64,000 nt of DNA, taken from assembly GCF_964355755.1 (NCBI RefSeq), contig NC_092678.1, positions 3,178,422-3,242,421 of the forward strand, read 5' to 3'. Below, piece by piece: positions 1-13,186 of this stretch (positions are counted from its first letter, which is position 1; the number at the start of each line of letters is the position of its first letter). This DNA is from Antedon mediterranea (lineage: Eukaryota > Animalia > Echinodermata). The position numbers and the translations under genes were made by a program. The notes below the pieces were generated by a model that was not told the origin of the DNA, did not search any database, and saw nothing but the letters and a program-made list of their open reading frames with translations.

Positions 1-312
1 AAATGTCCACCCTAAATGAAGAAAAGCGTTTATTGTTTTGTTGACAGATTATACAAGGAATGATTTCATATTATAAAGTTTATGTTTTAGATTATATATA
101 AATATAATCTTAAATTGTATTACTAAGACTTCTGGGTAGTGTTAGTGATGCATTTATATGCTGCCCTCTGGAGTTATACTGTAATAAAGTTTTTTCTTGA
201 TCATGAGTGATTTCTGTACAATTTAATGAGACCATATTTTAGTTTTGGTTGAAAAAATTACATCAGGAGTATTTACATTTTTAGCAATATCTAGTTTTTA
301 ATGTAGTTTTTA

Positions 313-469
313 CAGTAGAACCCCTATTAGGGGGGAACCTTCAGGACCCAACAATGAGTCCCCTATAAAGATGGCCCTAGAATAATGGTTGGACAGATTG
401 TTACAATTTTTCCTAATTTGTTTTACAGGAAAAGTGTCTCCTTACGTTGTTTAAGGTTTTGATTGACTG
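313..469. mobile_element. Tc1/mariner-like MITE copy (degenerate)
   Basis: ta-cagtagaacccctatta 5' end identical to the 43038 family terminus; right end approximate. Confidence 0.5.
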
Positions 470-1486
470 TATTAAGATGGTCTTTTATCTTCTTCTCAGT
501 GTAGGAATTGCAGAGTTTTTAAACTAGAAATACTAATTCCCCTGCCCACAACTTGTATCCCCACCTTTGTATCCCCAGCTCCTCATATCCCCTGTTACCA
601 CATCTGAATTAGCCACCTGATGTTACAATTTCCTACAGACTATTTTCTTTTTTTCTAATGTGAGTCATTATTCAGTGAAAGCAAGTGCTGAGGAAAACAT
701 TTAATGCAGACTCTCCTGTCGTGAGATAGACTCTGCGTTAAAATCTAATTATAAAAGGTCAAGAGACATCAAATACAAGTGGTAGGTTGAGGTCATTGCG
801 CTGGAGTTATCATTCTGACACATGTTATTACGTGTAAATTAGCGTCATCGCATATAATTACATTACAAAGAAATTTGATTGTTTGTAATTAATGTACTAA
901 ATGTAATTGTGAAAAAATAACAGGTAAAATATTTACCATGGTAGGCACTGATATGACAAACCCAAGTTATCATATCTATAAATTACATTACACAAAGATC
1001 AGATTTGTTATCAGTAATGAATATCAAATTTAATTAGAAAATTTTTTCCATGAAATAGGTCAATATTGCATAATGTAACCTCCATCTGAAATATTTATTA
1101 TTATAAATTCAATTTCAAAACAAGATCGTTGTTTTATGCAAATTATCTTATTTGAATACATTATGTAAATTAGTATTTACTGCAAGTGACACTGTATGCA
1201 GGAACTTCTGTACTATGAACCTTTGATACCATAATTATAAATAAATTAAACAGAATGTGTTTACATTATAAACATCATATTGTTATGATAAATGTATGAT
1301 GTAAATGATCCTTCTATGTTCTCATTCTTAATTTGATTTCAAATATTCGAAATCTTTGAGGTTTGACGTTTTTCGTCCTAATTGTCATAACTATTATTAA
1401 CTCAAAATGAAATATGAGTTATGGAACTTTAGAGTTTCTCACCACTTAGGAACTCGGTAATTGAGTAGAAAGCGGCAAATACCAGT

Positions 1487-1548
1487 ATGGCTGCCAAGAT
1501 TATGTTCACTCGCCGTATTAGATATTATAGTCGTACTTATCAAATCAG
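1487..1548 (+). CDS. Candidate alternative first coding exon A of IQSEC (MAAKIMFTRRIRYYSRTYQIR)
   Basis: ATG in agtATGG context, open to AG|gtaagg; ends in phase 2, matching the phase-2 acceptor at 21892. Confidence 0.5.
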
Positions 1549-2517
1549 GTAAGGTTGAACTGTAGAACTTCTACATTAATATGTAAAAATTAGGAACATT
1601 GTTTTGTATACATCTTTTTTTGAAAAATGCTGCAATAACTTTTGTACCGATTACCAGGACAAATGTCTACCTTAATGGTCAGTATTTTGGCGATATGTAC
1701 TGATGCTGTTCGATTTCCAGAATAATTGTACTGATGATTTCCAGAATATTATTCAGTATCTTAATTTGCATAAATTGGAAAGTGTAAATCAAGAAACAGA
1801 AACGTATGATGATTGATTTGATATTAATAAAATTGTCATTCTATGTGGTCCTCAATTACAGAAATGTCTGTTACATTGTAAATGAATGGCTTCGTGTGCA
1901 GTCTCTTGGTAGATGATGTTACTTATTAGTAGACTCTACCTTTAATTAATTATTTTTTGTTTATGACATTCTAATTGGTTGGCTTTGTTTGACATTTTTG
2001 CGGAAATCAGAACAAAGAGTGAAGTGATGTATTTTGACATCCCTCTGGAGAATTTTGAGACTTATTTTTAAGACTAATTTGTGTTGTGGTGATTTGATCA
2101 TCGCATAACTGGCTTGTATCTCAAACCTTTATGTGTGCTTCCCCAGTCCACAGGAAATGACAGGTCAAATTTGTTTGAAGTAACTTAAAGCGTTTTCTAA
2201 AATTTTGTTCACTTGAATGTTGTACAATATTTTTTAACTCCACCTCGGATTAAACCATTTTGAACTATGACATCAAACTGCAACTACTCAAAGCGACGAC
2301 TGCAACAAGACAATCTCCTAACGGAGCCCTCTTGGCCATACGCCAACAAACTGACGGGCATGTTCTGATCACCATAACTCTGATAGTAAATTTCGCCGTT
2401 CATTGTTGCTGAATTTGTCGGCTGCTAAATACTATCTAATGGTGGATTGAAATCAAATAAATCCGTCTGCTTTGAAAACAGACAGCGTTAAGTGAAGTTG
2501 TGTATGTTGTTTGCGAT

Positions 2518-2612
2518 ATGAAGCAATGGAGTACGAACGGGTTAGGGGGGTTTACGAAGCAACTAAACATCTTTGTAAGAGTTTTTAATTCGGGAAAAAT
2601 ATGGCTTCATAG
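2518..2612 (+). CDS. Candidate alternative first coding exon B of IQSEC (MKQWSTNGLGGFTKQLNIFVRVFNSGKIWLHR)
   Basis: Open frame from ATG 2518 to consensus donor AG|gtaagt; phase 2; preceded by GC-richer 5'UTR-like sequence. Confidence 0.5.
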
Positions 2613-3322
2613 GTAAGTACAATCAACTTTGTAGTAACCATTTATGACTGGAATTTATCTTGTGGTTGCTTTCAAAGGATCAATTTTTATTACTTTTGAC
2701 ATATTTGAAATAATATATATTTTTTTCTTGATTTATGTTGATTTGATAATCAATTTCGGAAATAATTTATAATTTTACTTAACTAAGTTTTCCAAAATGT
2801 TTATTTAAAATCAAAGTTGATAATTTAATTTAAATCGGAATTAATTAGATTAATTTTTTCATAAATTCATAGCCAGGAACTGTTTTGGAGAATTATATTC
2901 TATGATCCTATAGCTAAACTGGTAATGTATTATGTGAAATTTAAATTTGTTCATTTCCTTGATATAATAGTAAATAATGTACAGTAATTATACAAATTAT
3001 TCCCAAAAAAAGGATACAGAAATGGTGAAAACTCATGGGTAGTGTCAATCTGTTCAAACTTAGGAACTAGAGCGTATTTTTTTCGAGGTTATGAACCTTG
3101 GAATAAAAACAAATAACTAGAACAGGAAAGCTTCATACTTAGGGGTTCTTTTAAAAATGTTGATGTACTGTACCATCCAAATTTTCCCCTTTTCTATTTT
3201 ATTATCTTCCTTTCATTTTCATAGAACAATTGATATTTTGTTCTTTCTTGAAAAAAGTTTTCAATAGAAGTCTTCAATAATTTGGAAAGTATGGTATTAT
3301 TATTTTGTTTTTCCTTCTTTAG

Positions 3323-3352
3323 TCAACGCATGGCAGATTTCACGAAGTATGA
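3323..3352 (+). CDS. Candidate 30-nt symmetric (phase 2-2) cassette microexon of IQSEC (QRMADFTKY)
   Basis: Polypyrimidine tract ttttgtttttccttctttag, 30 nt without in-frame stop, donor GA|gtgggt. Confidence 0.3.
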   Translation, partial: STHGRFHEV

Positions 3353-6300
3353 GTGGGTGGCTGTTGTATTCTTTAAATTTACTTTTAAAAATTATATTGA
3401 GACAAATTTGTTCTTTTTTATCTCCATTTTTCCCCATGTTTGAACAAAAATTATATTGAGACAAATTTGTTCATGTTTAATCTGATTAAAATCACTATTT
3501 TATTAGTCATTTTGAAAGAAGTTATAAATATCTATTCTTGACCCTTGGCTGACCTAACAAAATATAAAAAGTAAGCAGATAACTTTGAAAGTCAGTTTCG
3601 GAAATAATTTTATTGTTTGGAAAATACGAAAGTTTTTTTCAAGTGGTTTTTGAGAATTATTTTATTATATTGAGTAGAATAGTGACTTCCTCACCTAAAA
3701 TAAGGGTGATGCGTTTATCTTAACGTCCTTCAGTTCACATTTGTTTCAAATAATTAGAAACAATCAAAGTCTTTTATTTTTCTTAGTCCTGAATTTGCAA
3801 ACAGCATTTCACACCATTTATTTTTTTTACCAAACTTAGCTTAAAATAGGAAAATGTAATTGTTATTAATTGAGCAAAGCAATCAATTACTAATAATTTA
3901 ATTGAACTGTCTGTCCTATTTTAATTTTTGGCATAACGTATAGCATTGTTGCCAAGTTGTAGGCTACATATTTAGACTATTCCTTATGGTATAATGTTTA
4001 ATTATGTAAGATTTATTTTAGTCTCTCTAACAAGACATTTAACGTCATTACGCTAAGTGAAATTTGTCTGAAAGTTGAATGTTTTGGCAAGATAAATAAG
4101 TGATAGAATGTACAAGGTGTTCACTCCCTCTAACCCTCCCAACTTACCTGGTTATCATTCAATAATTATTAAATTAAGTTATAAATTCAATTGCGTTTTG
4201 AATTTATTTGTGTAATTATTGAAATTAATCAAAAATAAATAGTATGCTTGTTTTACAATTGATAACTAAATTTTACTCTGATATGCCACGTTGAAGGTGA
4301 AGTGAAGTTTATTGCTATTGGAACATACATATAAAGGGTGACAAATGAGATAATGGGCACATGAAACAGAATAAATTGTCTCTAAAACATTAACAGTTTT
4401 TTTCTTTACCATTTACACATTTTTATTTCAATGTTTTAGAGTTTTTCAACTTCCATTAAAAATTGTACGTAGTTTGAAAATGTATCTGTAAATATAAATG
4501 CGTTTATGTCCCTAGAGGGCAGTGTTTTCTTTTGATGTTTGCATAAAAGAGCGGAGACTAATCCTATTAGAGTACCTACTCATTAATAAACTGTAATATG
4601 AACATATGTGAAATATGAACGCACCCCTTTCATACTATTTGTTTGTGCAGTAATAACGAAAAATAATGGGCATGATTAATCCTAATTTCAAAGGCGTAAT
4701 TTGCCAACAAGTTTCAAAAGTGATGAACAGTATCAATGATTAAACAGTAATGCATTTTTGTATAAAAAGTTTAAATTGATAATGAAAACATTTATAATAC
4801 AATAATCTATTATTAGCTCAGTTAAAATCAACTAATATCTCCAACCTTAATGATAATTTGGCCTGGCATATTGGATTGTTTAACCAGCATGTGTACATAG
4901 TACCTCAGTGATATAACAGTTTTCTGTCAGGTCATATAACACAAAACTTTTAATGTTTAACATTGAGCGTAAATTATAGACGAGGTCTCACGGTAATTGA
5001 AGGCCTCCTAAGTTTCTACCTCAGTTTTCATCAAAGGATGATTTACAGAAAGAGATTTTGTTGTAACCTTGTTGAAATGTTTATGATAGATTTTGACAGG
5101 ATATTATATGAAGTGTTCGTTATCTATGTTTAATACCGTTAACTTAATCTTTACCTTCCTATGTTATTTATATCTTATGAATAATTATAATTTATTTACT
5201 TTTATCCTTATTTAGACATAGAAATGAGAACATTTATTATATTCTTGGTGAATTATTGGATATTTCTATTCATTAATGGTAAAAGTATAAAGTATAGACC
5301 TATTCATGTTTAATTAGGAAAATTATATATAAATTTCATAAATGTATATAAAAAATAGATTAATAGTTTAAATTGTATACAGTCAACTCTATGGAAAGAC
5401 CTCAAGGTTGCTTATGATCGGAAGGAGGACTTAGGAGGGCCAGAATACTTTATGAAGTTTAGTTATTTTGTTTAAAGAAACAGGTAAAATTGAGATTCAA
5501 ACGAAAACCTCCTTAAATATAAATTGAACTATTCCCACACTGCTTGTTACAATACTATTTCAGTTAATTATTAACAACTTCTAAAAATAGTTTGTCAGTA
5601 GTAAGTTTAAGTTTCATTGACGGATCTTACATTATACATTTTGGAAGTAGACTTGAGATACAGGATCTTTGAATCATATTTTCTTCATAATAAATACCAG
5701 CTGTAAGAACCCACTGTCTTGCGTCCGTTTTCTTAAGTGTTTGAACTTAATGCTTATTGGTTAATTGGATTCACTGCCCAATTTATAGAATACATCTTCG
5801 TTATTCTAGTTTTTTAATTGAAAATTCTAAGTACAGATGGAAGGAATACTTGTCTGAAATTTGATATTTTGGCAAGCATCATCTTGGATGGAGATTTCCT
5901 ATGGTTGATGCAACTTAATTTGTTGCTTGCTAATCCTAATTGTCACTTTATGATGTAATGTATATTTTAGTAACTTGTGAGTATCATAGTTATCTTATTT
6001 TACATAAATTTGCCCTCCAGATATTTTTATGGTGGAAACAATACAAAATGGTGTTACAGTATTTAGATTGTTTAATTTATTTTGTTCATCAATTGATAAT
6101 TATTTCAATGCATTTTTATTATCATTTTGTTCGTGTTATATCAGTGTTTTGACAAATGGTCTCTAGAGGGCAGCATTATTAAAACACTTTAATTTTCTAA
6201 ATGCTAATGAAAACTAATTCTAAAATGAATAAACTTGAAATTAAATCTTCTGTTTCATTTAATTTCTTTGAGGGCGCTATCCAATCACATAATGTAATTA

Positions 6301-7574
6301 TGATATCAATGTCAAATGTTTATTTATCTTAGAATATGTTTTGCAAACATTGTTTCATTTTGCCATATCGTTAAAAACAGCATCGAAATTGTGTGGAAGT
6401 TGTGCGTTATAGATAAGGTCACATGATTGAGAATAAATTCAAGATTGTCAAATGAACATGAACTTTGATTTCGTCTGTAAATGTGACCTTTGTAAATGCT
6501 ATATATTGCTATCATTTATATTTTGTATTTAACTGATAATTTTATTGCATTATAGCCCAAAAAAAGTCAGTCAGTCAATTTTTACTAGACATGTTGTTTG
6601 TTCCACTTTTGCAAATTCTGTATAATTTCTCGCAATTAGGTCTACTTTTAACTGATTAAACTTTAATTTGAGTGTGAAGATTAAACACAAATATGGTATT
6701 AATATTCCTCTAAAATAGTGTTGATGCTACTATAAAATTAGTAGCGAAAAAGAAATATTATTAAAAACTATTTTTGCTTAGATCATGCACTAATTTTACA
6801 ATGACCTATTATAGATTTTATTAGATTATTAATAATGAAAACCACAAAATATTTACAATCCATTAATTATCTTTCAAGTCATTCTTATCACCATGGAAAC
6901 CATCCACTTATCTGATGGATGCTTTACCGTGTGATGTCACAATTGACGAAAAACAAAGTATTTTTATTTTTATTTGTATCAAAGTGCGATGCTAAATTTA
7001 ACATTTCTACTGTTGATGCAAGATTTGATAATGTGAAGCCGAACAAGCAATTGTGAAAAAGCAACTATTCGTACTGACCTGATGTTAAAAAAATAAGAAA
7101 ATTGCTTTGAAAAAAATTATTTAACTCTATTGCCTTGTGATAATATCATTAATAATTATAATATTAATTTCAACCAAATGAAAACATAGTCATTTAATCT
7201 AATAATCTTTATATGCATTTATTTATAGATATTCTATCAACGCAATGTCAATAGGATAAAAAAAAAGATATTTTATGATTCATTGTGGTACATATTTTTA
7301 TTTAACACATGCGTCGACTTGATTCTGATTGCTTTTGACATTTTGTTAAAACACTGCTTATTTCCAAGCGCTTTCATCTCAGAGGATTTCAAAGGGTTAA
7401 ATTTGGGGGTTTTTTTTCCTATACCGGTAATAAGTGTCTATGTGACATATTAAGCGTTGACTAAGTAAGTCTGTCATTTATATTAGTCTAATGTTTTTTT
7501 ATTTGTTTATATTTTACCTTAACTTGTCAAAAAAGGCAATTTCAGTAGATGCTTAGACTGTTATTATGAACTGA

Positions 7575-7724
7575 CGCTTTGTCTGCACTATCAAACTTTA
7601 CGTGATGTACCCATATATGGATATGATGACATCATATCACTACCATATTTAAGCATATCACTACCATATTTGGGCACATCACACTTTTTGTTGTCATCAA
7701 ACTAGTTTGATGTAGACACAGTTT
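7575..7724 (+). mobile_element. Harbinger-like MITE copy
   Basis: gtctgcactatcaaacttt...catatcactaccatatttgggcacatcacac...tgtagaca, same family as 46620-47225. Confidence 0.75.
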
Positions 7725-8483
7725 TAGACTTGATTTGTATGTGGATAATCTGTATCTCAACATCTTTACGCAACAAAATGTGTAGTTTAATGAAGTGTTA
7801 AGAGAATGTTTCAGTCACACATCTATGATCTTTATTAGCACAAATAATTTCTGTAGAAAAGTGATATAAAATTCATATCCTATTGCATTCTATCATTTTT
7901 TGTACAAAGATATCCTTGACTTGATTTTAATCACACTGGGCAAGTTAAAACTAAAAAAAATATTACTCATTTAAGTAAAAGGGCAACCACCCATGCATTA
8001 ATATATCCTTTTTCTTTATTGTCTTTAAATTTTCAACTCTAATAATAGAACAACTGTTATTGTATAATGTTGTAATTTGGAAAAACAAGAATGTCTAAAA
8101 TAAGTTCATACAATCAAACTTCAAGTAAGAACAAAAGCGTTCCAATATGATCATATGGTTATAATAGGAATGACGTTATTGGATCTGAAGTTGACTATTT
8201 TCCTGTTGAAACAATGAATTATCTATGAGCAATATATATATAACACAGCAGGCAAAGAACATTAATTCTAAACCGCCCGGTGATATACTGAAATTTAATT
8301 CATTAATTTGAAACGATAAAGATGAGGAAATCTGTGAGAATGAGAATATATATATATATAAATCCAAAGGCAAATTACTGGAAAAAAAATGACAATGCTG
8401 TGGGTATCAGTGGCTGGATCTCAATGGAGATACAAAAAAAGCGAAAAGCTAAATCAAAACGATAAAGTAAACAGCCAGAAAAG

Positions 8484-8526
8484 TTAGCAGAGCTTTCGGG
8501 CAACACTAGCCCTTCATCAGTGCAAG
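8484..8526 (-). ncRNA. Minimal type I hammerhead ribozyme motif of Penelope-like element type
   Basis: Minus strand: GCA-CTGATGA-A-GGGC(tagtgtt)GCCC-GAA-AGCT-C^TGC: both catalytic boxes, stem II hairpin, palindromic AGCT helix III, short stem I GCA/TGC. Confidence 0.7.
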
Positions 8527-11289
8527 TGAGGGAATTATATATATATATATACAGTTTTAAAAGGCGGTATACCAACGTGACACAACTACAATGAACTCTC
8601 TAAAACGAGAATACCCGAAACTTTCACAAAAACAGTCATAAGAACATAAAACAAATCTGATTGTAAACAGCGTATAAACTATGTATTGGGGGTTGAATGC
8701 AGTATGTGTACCCTTGATATTAATAATTTATTATATTAATCAAAACGAGTAATTATAAAATTAAGATAAATGAGATAAAACATAACAAATACTGGTCAAT
8801 GTTGTAATATTCTAAACAACAACCTCGGTCCATCCTCTGACCCATCTATCCTTGATGGGACTTATAGTTAAGCCAGACGACTAAACCCCCTTTCTGGAAC
8901 TTAGCCCGCTAGCCATATTCTATCCACAGTAGGCTATTCAAAATCCTTGGTCTGCCTTATCTACATGTCCCACATCCTTTAAAAGTTTGTGCAAGTACAC
9001 ACAGAAGGAAGAAGATATTCTATGTTGAAGTCAGATAATTTTACTGGTAGCCAGTAATCATTTAATCAACACTTACTCAAATTAAGAAATCTGGCCATTA
9101 TAGATTAAGCCATGCTGGTTAATGAGTGGGTAGAAAAAAGGTGTTGTATTCATTTTGATTATCGGGCAGCACAAATTATGTACTGGTTTTCTTTATGACG
9201 TACATAACTATTGTTTTAATATTCAAATATTTTTGTCAAACAATGTGGGAGTTTTGACTAGTTGTGATAATATGTGTCTTTAATGAACCCCACCCAGTTA
9301 ATTATGGCAATATAGTTACTTCAAGTTTTCCTTCATTTGATGGCAAGTGTTTTCTTTCAGTTTCATGAATATTAGTTTGACTTGGTATAAATGAGTGTGA
9401 TATCTTTATGTACTTATGCATAAAATGGACAGTCGGCCCTTTTCCATTAGAAGCATTACATCAGGAGACACAATTGCCAACTCTTTTTTAAGAATGCAAC
9501 ATTAACAATGAGCAACATGCACACATATACATGTATAAATGCTACTTGGAATCTCATCAATATGCTAATTGGCAAGATAATGAATATGCTAATGATGTCA
9601 TATCTATGTTAGATTTTAGGTTCAATCTGTTGGATGGAAGTCTCCATAGCTGGTTACATTTTATATAAATATGTGCTATAATTTGAAAATTCAATATTTC
9701 CTTGTATGTATTGTAATCCAAGATGATCAAACGTAATATAAAGTAATATGATCCGTTATATTAACATCATAAAGTGAAACATGTTCTATAATATGAAGAT
9801 CGTGACCCAGGGACGTGTCTTGGTCATTATACAGAGGTGTGTTCTATCCACTATTATACTTGTTATGGAATGCTTCCTGAACGTATATGACCGCCAATAC
9901 AGGATGCGCCGAGGATCAACGAATTGCAATAGTGAATCCTGTTTATGAACAAAAACAATTAACTAAGAAATTAAAAAAACACCTGCAAATTATAGTCAAA
10001 AGATTTCCAGATACGTGGTAAAATTCCCAGTACTTTCTTGTTTGAAACTAGTAAGATGTGGAGTTTAGATTGTGCAGATGTTCCTGGTGAAATAAGGTTG
10101 GTTTATTTATTCATAAGTATCCTTGGTATATATTGGTATATTTTGTTCAATTTTAAGGTACTAATATCGCCCCTCGGACTTGAAATTGGGTCAAGTTTAG
10201 AGCTTATAGTTAGTTGCAGCCTAACCACTTAAATCTTGAATCTATGAATAAGTTTGTACTGTATCACATGGTCTTGTTCTGTACCCTAAATATTATCCTA
10301 CAGAACTGGGTCTTTCTGTTTAACTAACCTGTTTTCAGATGCTTGCTTTAACATTTAGTACATCTGTTATATTAAATATTGGTTTTTTGCGTCGTTGGTA
10401 TATGACGTTGGTAATTAATATTGATCGATGAATTGTAACAAGTTTTTTGGCATATAACATGTGTTGGCATACATTTGCAGGATTCATCTACATATGCCCA
10501 CAGGCTGTTGCCCAAATTATACCACCGGGCTAGTTATATCATATCTTTTACTAGCCTACATTGTTACCTTGAACACTACTAGGGTTTTGGTCTAATGGTA
10601 GGACTTTTCATAATTTAAGCAGAAGATCTCGAGTCTTGGTTTTCTCATTCTCACAGATGTCCTTATCTTAATCGTTTCTAAATTAATTAATTAGTTTTCA
10701 GTATATCAATCACCGGGTGGTTTAGAATTTATTCCAGATACCTATGTGTATATATGTATATACATTATATTTATATTAGGTACTATTACTAGTATAAACA
10801 TAATTATTAACCTAAATTATTGATACTTAACTAGACATGATTTACCACTTAAAGGGTATTTAGGGTCAAATTGATCTGTAATAGGAAGTTACGTAGAAAC
10901 GATTTGGTTTCATTATTAATGATTAGTAGTTTTTATTGTTCAATGAATGCTTATTTATTTGAAACTTAGTTGTAGTAATGTCTATTTTTCCCTTTTAATG
11001 TCCTATTATGATTCTTATCTTGGAAGTTTGGTAATTCTTTGTTCCTTTGGAGACAATGGAGATTTCACTTGTAAGGTTATCATACGTTGAATTATAAACA
11101 GATTCGTAGAAGAAGGAAGTTCCTACAGTATTCAACAATAACTAAAAATCTGTGACATTCCCTATGTATTGCGGTTTCAAGAATTTTCACCCTAAAATTT
11201 CTTGGAAGAAAGTCTTATACCAATTTTTATTCACGTTTCATTTCATTATGACTTTTCCTTACTTAAACATATTTTTTTTGGGAAGGGTC

Positions 11290-11577
11290 AAGGAAGGTCA
11301 TTCATCCATATCTTTGCCTCGACTATTTCAACCAAGAACATATAAACATTCTACATTTGCTGACCAGTCATTCTCTTGCACAGCTCCATCCTTATTGAAT
11401 ACTCTTCCACAATCAATCAATTCTATTGACATCTTCAAACAATTGCTGAAAACCCATCTCTTTTGCATAGCATATGAAATGACATAATTTCCACCTTGTT
11501 TCGAGCCTTGTGGTTGTAGCACTTTAGAGAAAATTTATTTTGGTTAAGCGCTTTACAAGAGCCAATTATTATTATTA
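11290..11577 (+). mobile_element. L2/CR1-group LINE 3' end remnant
   Basis: Translates to FADQSFSCTAPSLLNTLPQSINSIDIFKQLLKTHLF (L2 ORF2 C-terminus pattern) followed by agcgctttacaag...attattattatt tail. Confidence 0.75.
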
Positions 11578-13064
11578 AAACGCAAAAGAAAAAATAATGA
11601 AACATTTTGTTAATATTAATGTTAATAATGTTTCGGAAATCCCCGGCATATAAACCATATAAATAATGACCTTATGCAAATGTTTTTATCAAATTACTTG
11701 TAAAGTACTTGTAAAGTATTATATTATAGTTGTAAAATCCTTGAGATGTGTTGTATTACAAACATCTGAAGCATCAGATGTTAGAGGATATGTTTTTACG
11801 ACATGTTGTTATTATCAGGGCTTATATTCATTAGTATGTATAGCAAGTGTTGTGTAATTGTCATCTATTTGGCTTTATCAGTTGAAGATAAATCTTCACT
11901 ACAATCTCAAGTTTTGAAACTTGTCATCTGTCAGAAGATTATCTTTTCATCATCTGTGATTTCATATAATCTATGCAAACAGCTCAAGAAATTGAAAATA
12001 TAGATATTATGGGGACTGTTTAAAACATTTCCAAGTTTAGCAAAATCAGAGAACTAGAAATAATTATATTTTGTACCAGGTGGTAAATTGAGATGACAAT
12101 ATGGGGACATATTTACACTAAAAAGTTAAAGCAACATTATTTATTCACTATATTTATCCAGGGTGTCTTGAGTACAGTAGTTAAAAAATTCAAAAGTTAA
12201 CAGTAACCACGGTTACTAATTTAGAATCTACAAAAAATAGAAATAAATATAAAATAAACAAAAATAATATAATTAATATTAACTGCTTTTTTCCAATATC
12301 ATTTAAGAACATATCAATTTAAATATTAAATTAATTTTAGGCAATATTAGTTTTATTTATTCCAGTAAATTTAATTTTAATTTGATGAAACTGTGGTTTT
12401 TGACATTCATTTTAATTGCAACTTAGGTTATATATTGCATAGACAACTAATTAGGTGATACAAATATAGGTTTATCGTCTTTCTCATCATCTTCACTTTG
12501 AAGCGTGTCGGAAAACAGAAAGAAAATTAAGTTGTTTAAAACATTCTCCAGAATTAATTCTCTAAAATGTGTTTGTAGAAAGTGTTATTACTTCATACAC
12601 TAACAACATTAGCAGCCCATTGATTGGTTGGTTGGTGTCTTAAATCACGCTTCCTGAAAGCCCCATTCAATCGTGACGACATGAGGCACACAGGAAATGA
12701 ACGTATCCGATGGGTCAGAGGTCGTGAAAATGTCCTTAAAGATAATTTATGAGTTTGGAATGCAAAGGTTATAATTTTACACTATTCGGAGACTGAACTG
12801 CTACTGGGTGGATGTCAACAAAGACTATACCCCAAAAACAAACAGGCATTGCGCCAACGGATTAAGAATACTTGATTAAACGCAAACAACACCGTGCCTA
12901 GAGGGCCAAAGCTGAACACAAGACAGCAAGCTAAACATCTTTTTGAACACATTGTGGGAAAATACAACGGAATTAAGAACTCTTAGAGGAGGCATCGTCA
13001 GATAGCGGTTCAACTAGACGAGGGGTTCCCCACCCCTTGTTTTTTTTTAATCATAGTACGTTCG

Positions 13065-13186
13065 ATGCTAGACTTAAAAATGATTGCTTGTGAGCCTAAA
13101 ATTATTGGACGTTTAGAACGACAGTATTCTTACAGAAGAGTCCGTGGTTATTGGAAATCATTGGAGCTAGATAAGCTGGAGCCTGA
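13065..13186 (+). CDS. Candidate alternative first coding exon C of IQSEC (MLDLKMIACEPKIIGRLERQYSYRRVRGYWKSLELDKLEPE)
   Basis: 40 open codons then GA|gtaagt (phase 2); upstream 12600-13060 is GC-richer with CCAAT and ETS-like motifs. Confidence 0.6.

Noticed and set aside
7450-7470. Consensus donor ctaa|gtaagt as a coding first exon
   Set aside because: Stops in all frames immediately upstream; at most a non-coding exon.
8176-8373. SPGGLELMF as a GIY-YIG C-terminal PxGLN remnant of a Penelope element
   Set aside because: Match too weak and order relative to the hammerhead is not the simple expected one.
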